Part shown: piece by piece, positions 7,264 to 17,716 of the stretch
Numbering within the stretch: the stretch's first letter is position 1
How the letters are laid out: each line of letters opens with the position of its first letter
NCBI GenBank assembly: GCA_021827665.1
Contig: JAKAUR010000026.1
Location: 1-59,744, forward strand
Origin: Candidatus Micrarchaeota archaeon
Lineage (GTDB): Archaea > Micrarchaeota > Micrarchaeia > Micrarchaeales > Micrarchaeaceae
Length of the DNA stretch: 59,744 bases
Reading direction: 5' to 3'
Made by a program: the position numbers and the translations under genes
The notes under the pieces: model-generated
What the model saw: only the letters and a program-made list of their open reading frames with translations
Database searches by the model: none
What the model was told of the DNA's origin: nothing

Positions 7264-9327
7264 TTAGTCTGCCTCGTGGTGGACGAGCTTTATCACTCCC
7301 TGCCTGGGCCTGTATATGTCTCCCGAGCGCTCAAGCTCGGAGAGGTATTTGCTTGCCGTTGCAGAATCTATTCCGGATGCTTCCGCTTCCTCTATGACGC
7401 GCTGCATCTTTATGTTGCTGTCCTCCTGCTCAAGCTTCTTTATTATGTTGAGTATGGAGTTCATGCGGTCCACCTTCTCCCTCGGCATGCCAGTTAATAT
7501 CGTGTCTATGTCTATGCGCCCTCCGGTGTCTAGCGCCAGGGACTTCAGCATGAACCTGCTGAGGTTTATCGCGAGCTCTGCATCCGATATTTCCACCACG
7601 TCCGAAAGCCTGCTCTTAGCGCTCGCCTCGCTCATTCTTACGAGGCCCTCTATCTGCCTCGGCGTTATAGGCACGGCTCCCTGCCTCATGCCCATCTTCC
7701 TAAGATCAACGTAATATTTCTGTATGTGCTCGCTTGCCTCCTGGCTCAGCCTTGGGGATATGTGCTTCCTTGCATACGCTATGTATTTTCGCAGCAGGTC
7801 GTGGCTTATCGGAGGCTCCTCAACCTGCTCGAACTCCTTCATGTCTGCGAGCCTGGCTCCGGCAGCCTCATGCTGCACCAGTATGTGCCTTGCTATGTTG
7901 CGGTCAGTGTCTTCGTTCATGACGTCGGTTATTGGAAATATGAGATCGAACCTTGAAAGCAGCGTCGGAGGTATGTCGAACTGCTCTGCTGGATACTGAT
8001 GCGGATCGAATCTTCCGAATTTAGGGTTGGCTGCTGCGAGCACTGCCGCCCTTGCGCTGAAAGTGGCTATTATGCCTGCCTTTGCCACGCTTATGGTCTG
8101 CGATTCCAGGGCTTCGTGAAGTGCCGCCTTGTCGTCCTGCCCTATCTTGTCAAATTCGTCTATGCACACTATGCCCCCCGAACCTAGAACTAGCGCTCCG
8201 GCCTTCAGCGTCCAGCCTCCCTCGGAGAAATCGTCCCTTTCGGCCACCGCAGTCAATCCTCCGCCTGTGACCGATTTTCCGCTCACGTATATGCCCTTTG
8301 GCACGAGCTGCGACACCGACTGCAATATCCTGGTCTTTGCGCTTCCGGGGTCGCCTATGAGCATTATGTGCATGTCGCTCCTTATTATGCCTCCGTCAAC
8401 AAGCGTCTTTCCCATCGTGCCTCCGAAGAGCTGCAGGGTAACAGCCTGTTTTATCTCGTCGTGGCCGTATATGGAAGAGGCTATGGACTTGCTTATCTTC
8501 TCGAATATCTGCGGGTCTTTGGAGAGCTCCCTTATCTCCCTTACTTCTTCTTCGGTTATCGAAAGCTCTGCAAACTCCTTCTGTTTTGGCGTTATGGAAA
8601 TTGATTCTACAAACATTGTGTATAAGTTCTGCTCGGTCTTGCCCCTCTGGTTCTTGCGCGGCCTTATCCTTAGCACGCCCGTGAGCTCTATCCTGTCTCC
8701 CGGTATCACAGTGTTGACGAGATCGTCCTCAAGCCATACCTCGAGCTGCCACGTTGGGGTGTTTCCCCTGAGCTTTTCGAGCGGATCCTGTATTGCTATC
8801 TTCTGCAGGTTTATGAACTGCGACTCCTCCGGTACCTGCTTTAGGGATTTTCTCTTGCACTCCCTGCATATCTCCGGCACCGGGTCCTTGTCGGCCTGGA
8901 CCGTCTGCCTTGCCCCGCAGAAGGTGCATTCGTATACGCCTATCCTCACCCTTGGACTTATCTCCGACCTTTTGACTATGAGGCCGTCGAGGGCGATGAG
9001 CTTTGATATGTAAGAAGAGCCTACGTCCTGGACAAGCGGATTGTTTATCGTGAGGCCGTAAAACCTTACGTGAGGCTCGTGTATGCCGAGCTGCACGTCG
9101 GAAAGCTTTGCCTTGAATGATTCGTTAGCGGCGCGCAGGACCACGTCAGGATTGTTGACGAGCTCGCTAGCCATGTTCGGGTCGAATTTCGCCAGGTCGT
9201 CTATGCTCACCGCCAGGCTGCGCTTTTCCGGGAAGGCGACTATTATGTCATCTATTTCCTCCCTGTAATACATTTCCAGGAATTCGTCGAAGCGCGATTT
9301 TATTGCAGATATGACAGCATCTTCCAA
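7264..9327 (-). CDS. mcm: Minichromosome maintenance replicative helicase MCM
   Basis: CxxC...CxxC zinc finger, GDPGSAKT, IDEFDK, LLSRFD, and a C-terminal wH domain. Start set at the TTG after GGGTG (ORF track gives 9351). Confidence 0.95.
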   Translation of the reverse strand: MEDAVISAIKSRFDEFLEMYYREEIDDIIVAFPEKRSLAVSIDDLAKFDPNMASELVNNPDVVLRAANESFKAKLSDVQLGIHEPHVRFYGLTINNPLVQDVGSSYISKLIALDGLIVKRSEISPRVRIGVYECTFCGARQTVQADKDPVPEICRECKRKSLKQVPEESQFINLQKIAIQDPLEKLRGNTPTWQLEVWLEDDLVNTVIPGDRIELTGVLRIRPRKNQRGKTEQNLYTMFVESISITPKQKEFAELSITEEEVREIRELSKDPQIFEKISKSIASSIYGHDEIKQAVTLQLFGGTMGKTLVDGGIIRSDMHIMLIGDPGSAKTRILQSVSQLVPKGIYVSGKSVTGGGLTAVAERDDFSEGGWTLKAGALVLGSGGIVCIDEFDKIGQDDKAALHEALESQTISVAKAGIIATFSARAAVLAAANPKFGRFDPHQYPAEQFDIPPTLLSRFDLIFPITDVMNEDTDRNIARHILVQHEAAGARLADMKEFEQVEEPPISHDLLRKYIAYARKHISPRLSQEASEHIQKYYVDLRKMGMRQGAVPITPRQIEGLVRMSEASAKSRLSDVVEISDAELAINLSRFMLKSLALDTGGRIDIDTILTGMPREKVDRMNSILNIIKKLEQEDSNIKMQRVIEEAEASGIDSATASKYLSELERSGDIYRPRQGVIKLVHHEAD

Positions 9328-9441
9328 GATTAAGCACCCGATAAGCCGCACTAGAGGAACAGCCTGAATTGGATTGTGATTTAAATTATTTATAGGCTTC
9401 TGTCATATATTTATAGCATTCAAGCGGCGCCGTGAAGAACA

Positions 9442-11103
9442 ATGCAGCACAATACCAAAAAAATGATAATAACGTCAGCCCTGCCATATTCGGAGGCGAT
9501 ACCCCATCTCGGCAACTTTGTTGGCTCGATACTGCCTGCGGACGCGTTCCACAGGTATGCCGAGCTTGCAGGCCGCGACTCCATATTCATATGCGGCTCG
9601 GATCAGCACGGCACACCTATAGAGATAAGGGCGCTCAAGGAGGGAGTCAGCGCGGAGCACTTAGCAGATAGCGTGCACGAGCGGATGAAAAAGGTTTTCG
9701 AAAGCTTTGAGTGCAGTTTCACGCATTACGGAAAGACCAACTCCGAGAGCAACAAAAGAGCCGTGTACGAGATATTCGAGGCGCTGGACAGGAACGGCTT
9801 CATAAAGGAAGTCGAGTCTGTTATGCCTTACTGCAACATAGACAAGAGGTTCCTGACGGACAGGTACATTGAAGGGAAATGCCCGTACTGCGGATTCGAG
9901 GGCGCGCGCGGAGACCAGTGCGACAACTGCGGAAGATTATTGAGCCCGCAGGAGCTCATAGACCCGTACTGCGGCCTGTGCCACAACAAGGATATCGAGT
10001 TCAAGAAGACGGTAAATCTCGCCATAGGGCTGGACAAGCTGCAGCCGGAGATACTAGATTTTGTTAAGGCAAGGATGGGCACTTGGAGCAGGAACGCGGC
10101 CAACAAGACGGTAAGCTATCTCGAGCAGGGGCTGGAGGCAAGGGAGATAACCAGGGAGATGAAGTGGGGCTTCCCGGTTCCCAGGAAGGGTTTCGAGGAC
10201 AAGGTCTTCTACGTGTGGTTTGACGCCGTGATAGGCTACATAGGGATAAGCATGGAGTGGTCCGAAAAGTGGAAGGATTACTGGAAGGGCCCGGATACAG
10301 AATTGATACAGTTCATGGGAAAGGACAACATAGAGTTCCATACCATGATGTGGCCAGGGATACTCATAGGCTCTGACCTGGGATTCGTTCTGCCGCATAC
10401 CATATACGCTTACGAATACCTGACCGCAAAGGGATTAAAGTTCTCGAAGAGCAGGGGAGTCGGCCTCAACATGGAAAACGCGCTTGAAATCGCGGGCCCG
10501 GATTACTGGAGGTTTGCGCTAATGTACCTTGCGCCTGAAAGCTCAGACAACGATTTTACCATAGCGCTTTTTGTTGAGGTAGTCAACAAGATAATGAACG
10601 ACAAGATAGGCAATTACGTGCACAGGGTGCTTACGCTGCTAAAGAATTCGGGGCTTGCGGCATCGGAGCTCGTAGAGAACAAAAAAGGCATGGAAAAAGT
10701 TGCAGGGCTTACTGAAAAGTATTCCGAGGATTTCGATGCGCTCAGGATGAGGGAGGCGCTCAAGGACCTTGTCGCGATAGCTGACGTAGGCAACGAAATG
10801 ATAAGCAGCAGCAAGCCCTGGGAGCTGATAGGCAAGGATGGCGTCAAGCAGGGTAGCGAGGACAGGGCGAAGGAACTCCTTGGAGGGATGGTTTCGATAG
10901 TTAGGAGGATAGGAGTGCTCATGTGGCCGTTCGCACCAGATGCGTCCGCAAAGATTTTGAATAGGTTCGGCATATCGGACCCGAAGCTTTCGGACTTGGA
11001 TACGCCTTTGAAGAGCTTGGAGCTCGAAGGGCTTGAACCTGTTTTCTCAAAGCTCAGCGACAAGCAGCTCAGGGAGCTTGAAAGATTCGAGGAAGACAGC
11101 TGA
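9442..11103 (+). CDS. metG: Methionine--tRNA ligase
   Basis: SALPY, PHLGN, zinc knuckle, YVWFDA and KFSKS motifs. Confidence 0.96.
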   Translation: MQHNTKKMIITSALPYSEAIPHLGNFVGSILPADAFHRYAELAGRDSIFICGSDQHGTPIEIRALKEGVSAEHLADSVHERMKKVFESFECSFTHYGKTNSESNKRAVYEIFEALDRNGFIKEVESVMPYCNIDKRFLTDRYIEGKCPYCGFEGARGDQCDNCGRLLSPQELIDPYCGLCHNKDIEFKKTVNLAIGLDKLQPEILDFVKARMGTWSRNAANKTVSYLEQGLEAREITREMKWGFPVPRKGFEDKVFYVWFDAVIGYIGISMEWSEKWKDYWKGPDTELIQFMGKDNIEFHTMMWPGILIGSDLGFVLPHTIYAYEYLTAKGLKFSKSRGVGLNMENALEIAGPDYWRFALMYLAPESSDNDFTIALFVEVVNKIMNDKIGNYVHRVLTLLKNSGLAASELVENKKGMEKVAGLTEKYSEDFDALRMREALKDLVAIADVGNEMISSSKPWELIGKDGVKQGSEDRAKELLGGMVSIVRRIGVLMWPFAPDASAKILNRFGISDPKLSDLDTPLKSLELEGLEPVFSKLSDKQLRELERFEEDS

Positions 11104-11137
11104 AAGAAATAAATATTTCCTATGCTGGAAGTTTATT

Positions 11138-11791
11138 ATGAATGTGCGCACTTACAGGGAACCTGGAGGTTTTGAGAGCAAGGTGAGCTCATTTTCTGTG
11201 GGCGAGCTGATGCGAAGCGAGAAGAACGCCCATTTCACCAGTTTCTCCGTAGATTTGGTTGGAGTAGTGGTGGATAGGGAGAACGGCAGATACCATTTGG
11301 ACATGTATGCTTCGGGACAAAGAGAGCAAGATTATTACATTCTTTGCATGTCTTCTAATAGCGCTGGAAGATTCGTTCTAGAATACGTAAAGGGCATCTT
11401 GCTGAAGAACAACGAGGCTGCCGGAAGCACGTCAGTCAGCGTATATGCGGCCAAAGGACTTAAAGAGATGGAGCCACACAGTTTAAGCGGGCCGATTTTA
11501 TATGCCAAAGCAGATGTTGATGTCGGCACAGAACTGCATTATAGGATTTCAGGAGCCGAATACTTCGACTATATATATGGCGAGTACAGGAACAGCACCA
11601 CAATCAACATACATTATCTCAGCCCAGACTATTACTCTAGGGACGGCAAAAGAAACCAGATAACAACAAACATAGTTTTAAGCAATATGGAGATAAGCAA
11701 GGGCGACGCAGAGCAAGAACTCAGGAAGATGATTCGCGGGCACGCGGAATATGTGAACAAGAACACATTGACCGACTTTGGCATCTTTTGA
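11138..11791 (+). CDS. Hypothetical protein
   Basis: ORF filling the gap after metG, with ATG 11138 as likely start. No recognisable motif. Confidence 0.6.
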   Translation: MNVRTYREPGGFESKVSSFSVGELMRSEKNAHFTSFSVDLVGVVVDRENGRYHLDMYASGQREQDYYILCMSSNSAGRFVLEYVKGILLKNNEAAGSTSVSVYAAKGLKEMEPHSLSGPILYAKADVDVGTELHYRISGAEYFDYIYGEYRNSTTINIHYLSPDYYSRDGKRNQITTNIVLSNMEISKGDAEQELRKMIRGHAEYVNKNTLTDFGIF

Positions 11792-11883
11792 CTGCGGGCA
11801 CACAAAATTTTAAAAGCTTATATATGCAAATTAACCCATATAAGCATCTCTTTCGTTTGCTTTTAGGATAAAAAAGTGAGTTT

Positions 11884-12279
11884 ATGAGTCAATTTAGCAG
11901 GCAGGTGCACGGCCCATCCGGAACGAAGGGCTCGGGCAACGGCAAGAGGAAGATAAAGTTCAAGGACAAGAGAAGGAGCAACGCCGGCAACTACTTCAGC
12001 GCCACCAAGCTCGCGGCCAATGACGTCGCAGAGCAGGTGAGGAGGCGCGGAGGCTCTGAGACCGTCAGGCTGAAGGCCGCAAAGAGCGTGAACGTCCTGA
12101 CCAAGGAGGGCTACAAGAAGCTTGAGATAAAGGGAGTGCTTGAGTCCAAGGACAACAGGAACTTCGCCAGGCAGAACATAATAACAAAGGGCACGATAAT
12201 AAACACCGACATAGGCAAGGCAGTGGTTGTGAACAGGCCGGGAAGGGAGGGCACTGTCATAGCCAAGCTTATATCGTGA
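11884..12279 (+). CDS. rps8e: 30S ribosomal protein S8e
   Basis: RRRGG...VRL, RQNIITKGTIINTDIGKAVVVNRPGREG. Confidence 0.95.
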   Translation: MSQFSRQVHGPSGTKGSGNGKRKIKFKDKRRSNAGNYFSATKLAANDVAEQVRRRGGSETVRLKAAKSVNVLTKEGYKKLEIKGVLESKDNRNFARQNIITKGTIINTDIGKAVVVNRPGREGTVIAKLIS

Positions 12280-12283
12280 TTTC

Positions 12284-12748
12284 ATGTCTGAAAGGGTTTA
12301 CTCTTTCGACAAAGCAGCCATGGAAAAGCTTTCCAAGGCGCTCTCCTACGACCCGTACCTAGACAAGAACCTGCTCCCTGACATGCCCAAGGAATTCGAG
12401 GACAAAAAGTACTTGGAACAGCACCCTGAGATGAAGGAGCAGTTTGATGCCCTGCAGAAGCGCATAGACGATGCCAAGGAGAGGCTCAAAAACGACAAAA
12501 GCCTCAACGTAATATTCACAAGGCAGGAATACAGTCTGAGGGAGGGCGCATCGCTTGGCCTTGAACCAAACAAATGCTATTTGTACCTGAAAGCAAATGA
12601 CGAATTCCTGAAAAACGCCGAAGACAGGCTCAAGGAGGAATACGAAAGCTTCGCCAAGGCTGACGACGAAACCTCGCAGAAAGTAATAAGTGCAATACAT
12701 GACGAGGAGGACCGTGCTAACGCCGGATTCGGATCCATTTTCGGGTAG
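12284..12748 (+). CDS. Hypothetical acidic/helical protein
   Basis: Co-oriented and tightly packed between rps8e and argF, with host-like codon usage. Confidence 0.7.
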   Translation: MSERVYSFDKAAMEKLSKALSYDPYLDKNLLPDMPKEFEDKKYLEQHPEMKEQFDALQKRIDDAKERLKNDKSLNVIFTRQEYSLREGASLGLEPNKCYLYLKANDEFLKNAEDRLKEEYESFAKADDETSQKVISAIHDEEDRANAGFGSIFG

Positions 12749-12753
12749 TGCAT

Positions 12754-13656
12754 ATGAATATACTCAGCATCAACGACCTTTCCAAGGAAGACATGCTGAA
12801 GATATTTGACATAGCCGACAACCTCAAGGAGAACAAGGAGCAGGCTTCGCTGCGCGAAAACTCCACCATGGCGCTTTTTTTTGAAAAGCCTTCTACCAGG
12901 ACCAGGACTTCGTTTGAAGCTGGCATGTCCCAGCTCGGAGGCAAGGGCATATACATAGACGCCGCGACGACCCAGAGGAGCAGGGGCGAAAGCTACTCAG
13001 ACATAGGAAAGATGCTGAGCAGCTATTGCGATTTCATAGCGGCAAGGCTTTACAAGCACGACGACATCGTCGAAATGGCGGAAAACTCCTCGGTGCCTGT
13101 GATAAACGCGCTCACTGACCTCGAGCACCCCACTCAGGCCTTGGTTGACATGTATACCATGAACTCGCACATAAAGAACTTCAAGGACATAAGCATTGCA
13201 TTTGTAGGCGACATAGCAACCAACACGGCAAATTCCCTCATGCTCGCAGCAACAAAGCTAAACAGCAGGATATCGCTTGTTGGCCCGAAGGATTACATGC
13301 CGAACAACGCTTATTTCAACAAGGCGAGGGAGCACGGACTTATCTACGTCTATGACGGCCTCAAAGAGGGACTGGACGGGGCCAACATAGTGTATACCGA
13401 CACCTTTGTGAGCATGGGTCAGGAAGGCGAAGCCGACAAGAGGCGCGAGATGTTCAAGGATTACCAGGTGAATTCGAAGCTGCTTGAGTACGCAGACCCA
13501 GAAGCGCTTGTGATGCACTGTCTTCCGGCGCACCGCGGCGAAGAGATAACTGCCGAGGTCATAGACGGACCCAGGAGCATAGTCTGGGAGCAGGCGAAGA
13601 ACAAGCTGCTCATAGCCAAGGCGGTGCTGCTTTTCCTCTCTCTGAAGCAGCAATAG
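12754..13656 (+). CDS. argF: Ornithine carbamoyltransferase
   Basis: STRTR, HPTQ, SMG and HCLPAHRG motifs. Confidence 0.95.
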   Translation: MNILSINDLSKEDMLKIFDIADNLKENKEQASLRENSTMALFFEKPSTRTRTSFEAGMSQLGGKGIYIDAATTQRSRGESYSDIGKMLSSYCDFIAARLYKHDDIVEMAENSSVPVINALTDLEHPTQALVDMYTMNSHIKNFKDISIAFVGDIATNTANSLMLAATKLNSRISLVGPKDYMPNNAYFNKAREHGLIYVYDGLKEGLDGANIVYTDTFVSMGQEGEADKRREMFKDYQVNSKLLEYADPEALVMHCLPAHRGEEITAEVIDGPRSIVWEQAKNKLLIAKAVLLFLSLKQQ

Positions 13657-13710
13657 CATCCAGGGCCGCAAAATGCACATTATATAAAATTTGTCCTAGA
13701 ATACATAATC

Positions 13711-14376
13711 ATGGATCTTTTCGTCAAAATCGCGATCGCAACGATAGCGGTAATATTCGTTTTCGGCGTCATATTCGGAGCCCTGCTAGTCCTCTATCAC
13801 CCGGTATCCAAGCCCCTGACTTCTGCGCAGGCCGAGGCGCTGGTTCTGAAGGATATACAGCAGGAATACCCTAATGCGGTGTTCAGCGTCATAAGCATAT
13901 CTAAGTCAAACCTCACGGCAGACAGCTGGAACGTCGTTCTCAACGTCGTTTACAATTCAACCAGGCCGTGTCCTGAAGTCATGACCGAAGGGTTCGATTA
14001 CCCTGCAGTTACTCTTGTACCTAGCGACGAGGTGCTTTACGCTTCAGATTGCAAGGTATACGGCTTCGGCTATGCGCCAGACTACGTGATATCACAACCA
14101 TACATAGCAATCACGAGGGCATACGAATCAGGGAACACGTCGATATTAAATTATGTCGGGGAACACGGCTACAACAACACCAGCGCATACGCGAGCTATT
14201 ACAAGACCGGAAACTCGTTCCTTTACTCGATAGGCATAAATTCCACAGATGCGTGGATCATAAAATACAACGCCACCGATACTGCCAACGTGCTGTATGC
14301 CGCAATGGGAACCAACGGCACAATACTTGCTACGTCTGTGGTTAGTGCAAGCAACTATACCGATTCCATAAACTGA
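13711..14376 (+). CDS. Membrane-anchored exported protein
   Basis: N-terminal TM helix followed by a Tyr/Asn-rich ectodomain with sequons. Confidence 0.7.
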   Translation: MDLFVKIAIATIAVIFVFGVIFGALLVLYHPVSKPLTSAQAEALVLKDIQQEYPNAVFSVISISKSNLTADSWNVVLNVVYNSTRPCPEVMTEGFDYPAVTLVPSDEVLYASDCKVYGFGYAPDYVISQPYIAITRAYESGNTSILNYVGEHGYNNTSAYASYYKTGNSFLYSIGINSTDAWIIKYNATDTANVLYAAMGTNGTILATSVVSASNYTDSIN

Positions 14377-14574
14377 TTGCTAAGCAAAAATTCGTTTACA
14401 TCGATACCTTTGTTTGTTTAATAGTATCTCTGTTTTTACCTATATATCTTTATTTTACTTTTATATAGGCATTTAGAAGAGTACATAATTCTGGACTACA
14501 ATTAATATTTTGCCTAACAAAAGGCTTTTAAAGCTTATCAGAGAAATTTTTTCGACCAAAAAAAGGCGATCGGA

Positions 14575-15633
14575 ATGAGCGACTTCGTTAACAACATACT
14601 GGGTGGAAACGCTTCGACGAGCGAAACACAGGAGATGGGGTCTTCCCAAATAAAAATAATAACGGCAGGATTTGGAGGAGGCGGAAACAACATAGTGAAC
14701 AGGCTGGTGAAAGCTGGAGTTAAGGGAACCGAATTCATAGCTTTCAACACGGACTACCAACATTTCAAGATAATCGACGACAGAATTAACAAGATACTGA
14801 TAGGAAAAACCCTTACAAGAGGTTTGGGCGCAGGAGGAGATCCGCTTCTCGGCGCAAAAGCAGCTGAAGTGGACAGGCCCTTGATAGAAAAAGCTTTTGA
14901 AGGTGCGCAGCTTGCATTCCTGTGCGCAGGAATGGGAGGAGGAACCGGAACAGGCTCAATAAGAGTTGCAGCACAGATTGCAAAGGAGCAGGGCGCCATA
15001 GTCGTATCCATGGTAACTTATCCGTTTGACCTTGAAGGAATAAGAAAGGTGAAGGCCGAAGAGGGGATACAGGAGCTTAGGAAGTACTGCGACAGCGTTA
15101 TAATAATAGACAACAACAGGCTGGTCAAGCTCGTGCCTAACCTTCCGATGAACGAGGCCTTCGCCCTTGCGGACGAAGTTCTTGCGAAGGCTATAGGAGG
15201 GCTCGTATGGACCATAACGCAGCCGAGCCTGATAAACATAGACTTCGCTGACGTGAGGTCGATAATGGGCAACGGGCAGGTTGGCTTCATAGCAGTAGGA
15301 AGCGGAAAGGGCACTGACAAGGTCAACATAGCAGCAGAATCAGTGCTGAAGAACAAGCTTCTTGATGTAGACTTCGAGAACGCGAAGGGGGCCCTTATAC
15401 ACATATCCGGAGGCGCATCGCTGACAATAGGCGATGCAATAAAGGCCGGAGAAATCATAACCGACAGGATGGACCCGAAAGCCAACATAAAATGGGGCGC
15501 GAGGCTCATACCAGGTTATGACGACCAGATAGAGATAGTGGCCATAGTCACTGGCGTAAGGGGCAGCAGCATAGTCGGAAAGCTTGAAGAGAAGAGGCAG
15601 AGCTCGTACTCCGACCTCGAAATGATAGGCTAA
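14575..15633 (+). CDS. ftsZ: Cell division protein FtsZ (copy 1)
   Basis: GGGGNN, GMGGGTGTG and INIDFADV motifs. Confidence 0.96.
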   Translation: MSDFVNNILGGNASTSETQEMGSSQIKIITAGFGGGGNNIVNRLVKAGVKGTEFIAFNTDYQHFKIIDDRINKILIGKTLTRGLGAGGDPLLGAKAAEVDRPLIEKAFEGAQLAFLCAGMGGGTGTGSIRVAAQIAKEQGAIVVSMVTYPFDLEGIRKVKAEEGIQELRKYCDSVIIIDNNRLVKLVPNLPMNEAFALADEVLAKAIGGLVWTITQPSLINIDFADVRSIMGNGQVGFIAVGSGKGTDKVNIAAESVLKNKLLDVDFENAKGALIHISGGASLTIGDAIKAGEIITDRMDPKANIKWGARLIPGYDDQIEIVAIVTGVRGSSIVGKLEEKRQSSYSDLEMIG

Positions 15634-15644
15634 TTGGTGGGCAA

Positions 15645-16676
15645 ATGAACAACTTTGACATGGACGATGAGGACCTTTTCAGGGCCAAGATAGCAGTAGT
15701 AGGAGCAGGAGGACAGGGGAGCAACCTTGTCAACAGGCTCTACAACAACGGATTGAAGAGCGCCGCAACAATAGCCATCAACACTGACGCAAAGCACCTC
15801 AACATGATAAAGGCGGACAAGAAGCTGCTTATAGGCAAGGAGATAACAAGAGGCCTTGGGGCAGGAGGATTTCCTGAGATTGGAATGAAGTCAGCCGAAG
15901 CCAGCCAGGGGGAGATCCTTGAAGCGATAAAGGGCTACGACATGGTATTCGTGTCAGCCGGAATGGGAGGAGGAACAGGAGGAGGCTCTGCACCGGTCAT
16001 TGCGAAACTCGCAAAGGAGGAGGGCGCACTGGTAATAGGCTTCGTCACCTGGCCATTCTCACTTGAGAGGAGCAGAAAGGCAAAGGCAGACTGGTCGCTG
16101 GAGCAGCTCAGGAAGAATGCCGACACCACCATAATAGTGGAAAACGACAGGCTTTTGAGCTATGCGCCGAACCTTCCGGTAGAGAAATCCTTCGAGCTCG
16201 TAGACAACATAGCCTACAATGCGGTCAAGGGCATAACCGATGTCATAACACTGCCGAGCCTGATAAACATAGACTTCGCCGACCTAAGGGCGGTGCTCAG
16301 GGACGGAGGCACTGCGGTTATAAACCTCGGATTCGGAAACGGAACCGACAGAGTGCAAAAGGCCATAAAGTCAACGCTGTCGCACCCATTGCTGAACGTA
16401 GACATAACAAACGGCAAGAACGCGATGATTCACGTGACTGGAGGCACTTCCATGACGATTGACGAAGCAACAAGAATCGGACGCGGAGTGACCGAAGGAA
16501 TGGACGCGAAGGCCAACGTGATATTCGGATCGAGGCTAAGCCCTGAGATGAACGACCAGATAAGGGTCATGTCAATAGTAACAGGCGTTACGCCGAATCT
16601 GAATGGCAGCATTCCGAAAAGCGTAAACACTGATTACAACAACGATTTCCTTTTGGGAGTTGACAGGATTTATTGA
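15645..16676 (+). CDS. ftsZ: Cell division protein FtsZ (copy 2)
   Basis: GAGGQGSN, GMGGGTGGG and INIDFADL motifs. Confidence 0.95.
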   Translation: MNNFDMDDEDLFRAKIAVVGAGGQGSNLVNRLYNNGLKSAATIAINTDAKHLNMIKADKKLLIGKEITRGLGAGGFPEIGMKSAEASQGEILEAIKGYDMVFVSAGMGGGTGGGSAPVIAKLAKEEGALVIGFVTWPFSLERSRKAKADWSLEQLRKNADTTIIVENDRLLSYAPNLPVEKSFELVDNIAYNAVKGITDVITLPSLINIDFADLRAVLRDGGTAVINLGFGNGTDRVQKAIKSTLSHPLLNVDITNGKNAMIHVTGGTSMTIDEATRIGRGVTEGMDAKANVIFGSRLSPEMNDQIRVMSIVTGVTPNLNGSIPKSVNTDYNNDFLLGVDRIY

Positions 16677-16684
16677 TTTGTTTT

Positions 16685-16720
16685 GGGCGCGCATGCGCCC
16701 GTCCTTTGCATTTTTTCTTT
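16685..16720 (+). terminator. Hairpin plus T-tract after ftsZ pair
   Basis: GGGCGC-GCAT-GCGCCC followed by a T-rich run. Confidence 0.5.
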
Positions 16721-16797
16721 GCTGAGGCCCAGCGTTATCTAATGTTTATATAACTTTTGTATACTAATCCTATGTACAACTGCTATTGGTAATTTTG

Positions 16798-17208
16798 ATG
16801 ACTGAAGGAGAGATACTCAGAGCTTCGATGAAGGAGATTAAGGTAGGAAGATTCATAGTGATAGACGACATACCGTGCAAGGTGGTCGACATAGAGACGA
16901 GCTCTCCCGGAAAGCACGGGTCCGCCAAGATGCGCATCACGGCCATAGGCATATTTGACGGGCAGAAGAAGACGCTCCTCAAGCCGAGCGACGGGGATAC
17001 AGAAGTGCCTGTGATAAAGAAGAAGAAGTCGCAGGTAGTGTCCGCAACTGATACCACGGCACAGCTCATGGATCCGGAAACGTACGAGGTTTTCGACCTT
17101 CCGGTGCCAGAAGAGCTCAGGGGAAAGCTCGAATCGGGAACAATGGTGGAAGTCCTTGAGGCCATGGGGAAGAGGGCCATTTCAAGGATACTGGGCAGCA
17201 ACGAGTGA
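16798..17208 (+). CDS. eif5a: Translation factor aIF-5A
   Basis: SSPGKHGSAK hypusine motif. Confidence 0.95.
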   Translation: MTEGEILRASMKEIKVGRFIVIDDIPCKVVDIETSSPGKHGSAKMRITAIGIFDGQKKTLLKPSDGDTEVPVIKKKKSQVVSATDTTAQLMDPETYEVFDLPVPEELRGKLESGTMVEVLEAMGKRAISRILGSNE

Positions 17209-17213
17209 TTTTT

Positions 17214-17534
17214 ATGGAAATTAAAATATCTAACGACAAGGAAAACAAGCTTTTCAAGAGGCGCGAGATAAGCTTCTTGGTTGTGGGAGAGGAGAAGACG
17301 CCTTCAGCGGCACAGGTTAAGAAGGAGCTCTGCAAGAAGCTGAACGTCAGCCCTGACGCCACTCTGATAAAGGAGCTTTATCAGGCTTTCGGAGAGAGGA
17401 TGTGCAACGGCACGGCCGTATCTTACGAGACTGCTGAGGCAATGACACAGAACGAGCAGAAGCACAAGCTTGACAGGAGGGCCAAGGCGGAGAGCAAGGG
17501 ACAGAAAGCCGAGGAAGGCGAAAAGAAGGAGTGA
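17214..17534 (+). CDS. rps24e: 30S ribosomal protein S24e
   Basis: ENKLFKRREI...TPS motif, and position before S27ae. Confidence 0.88.
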   Translation: MEIKISNDKENKLFKRREISFLVVGEEKTPSAAQVKKELCKKLNVSPDATLIKELYQAFGERMCNGTAVSYETAEAMTQNEQKHKLDRRAKAESKGQKAEEGEKKE

Positions 17535-17545
17535 TGGTGTTTTGA

Positions 17546-17716
17546 ATGGCTGAAAAAAAAGGGAAGGAAGCTGGAAAGAAAAAGCAGGCCAAGGCTTACA
17601 AGCCAGGCAAGATGTGCCCCAAGTGCGGGTCGAGGATGGCCGAGCATGCTGACAGGTATTCATGCGGCAAATGCGGCTATACCGAATTCAAGAGCCAGAA
17701 AAAGAGCGGTGCTTGA
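17546..17716 (+). CDS. rps27ae: 30S ribosomal protein S27ae (absent from ORF track, 56 aa)
   Basis: Manual translation [56 protein letters not shown] shows the C4 zinc ribbon. Confidence 0.93.
   Translation: MAEKKGKEAGKKKQAKAYKPGKMCPKCGSRMAEHADRYSCGKCGYTEFKSQKKSGA

Noticed and set aside
9328-9441. Replication origin next to mcm
   Set aside because: Short divergent promoter region only, with no cdc6/orc1 or ORB-like repeats visible.
14377-14574. ncRNA or CRISPR in the AT-rich spacer before ftsZ
   Set aside because: No repeat-spacer pattern or stable structure; consistent with terminator plus promoter. No CRISPR array or cas gene was seen anywhere in the window.
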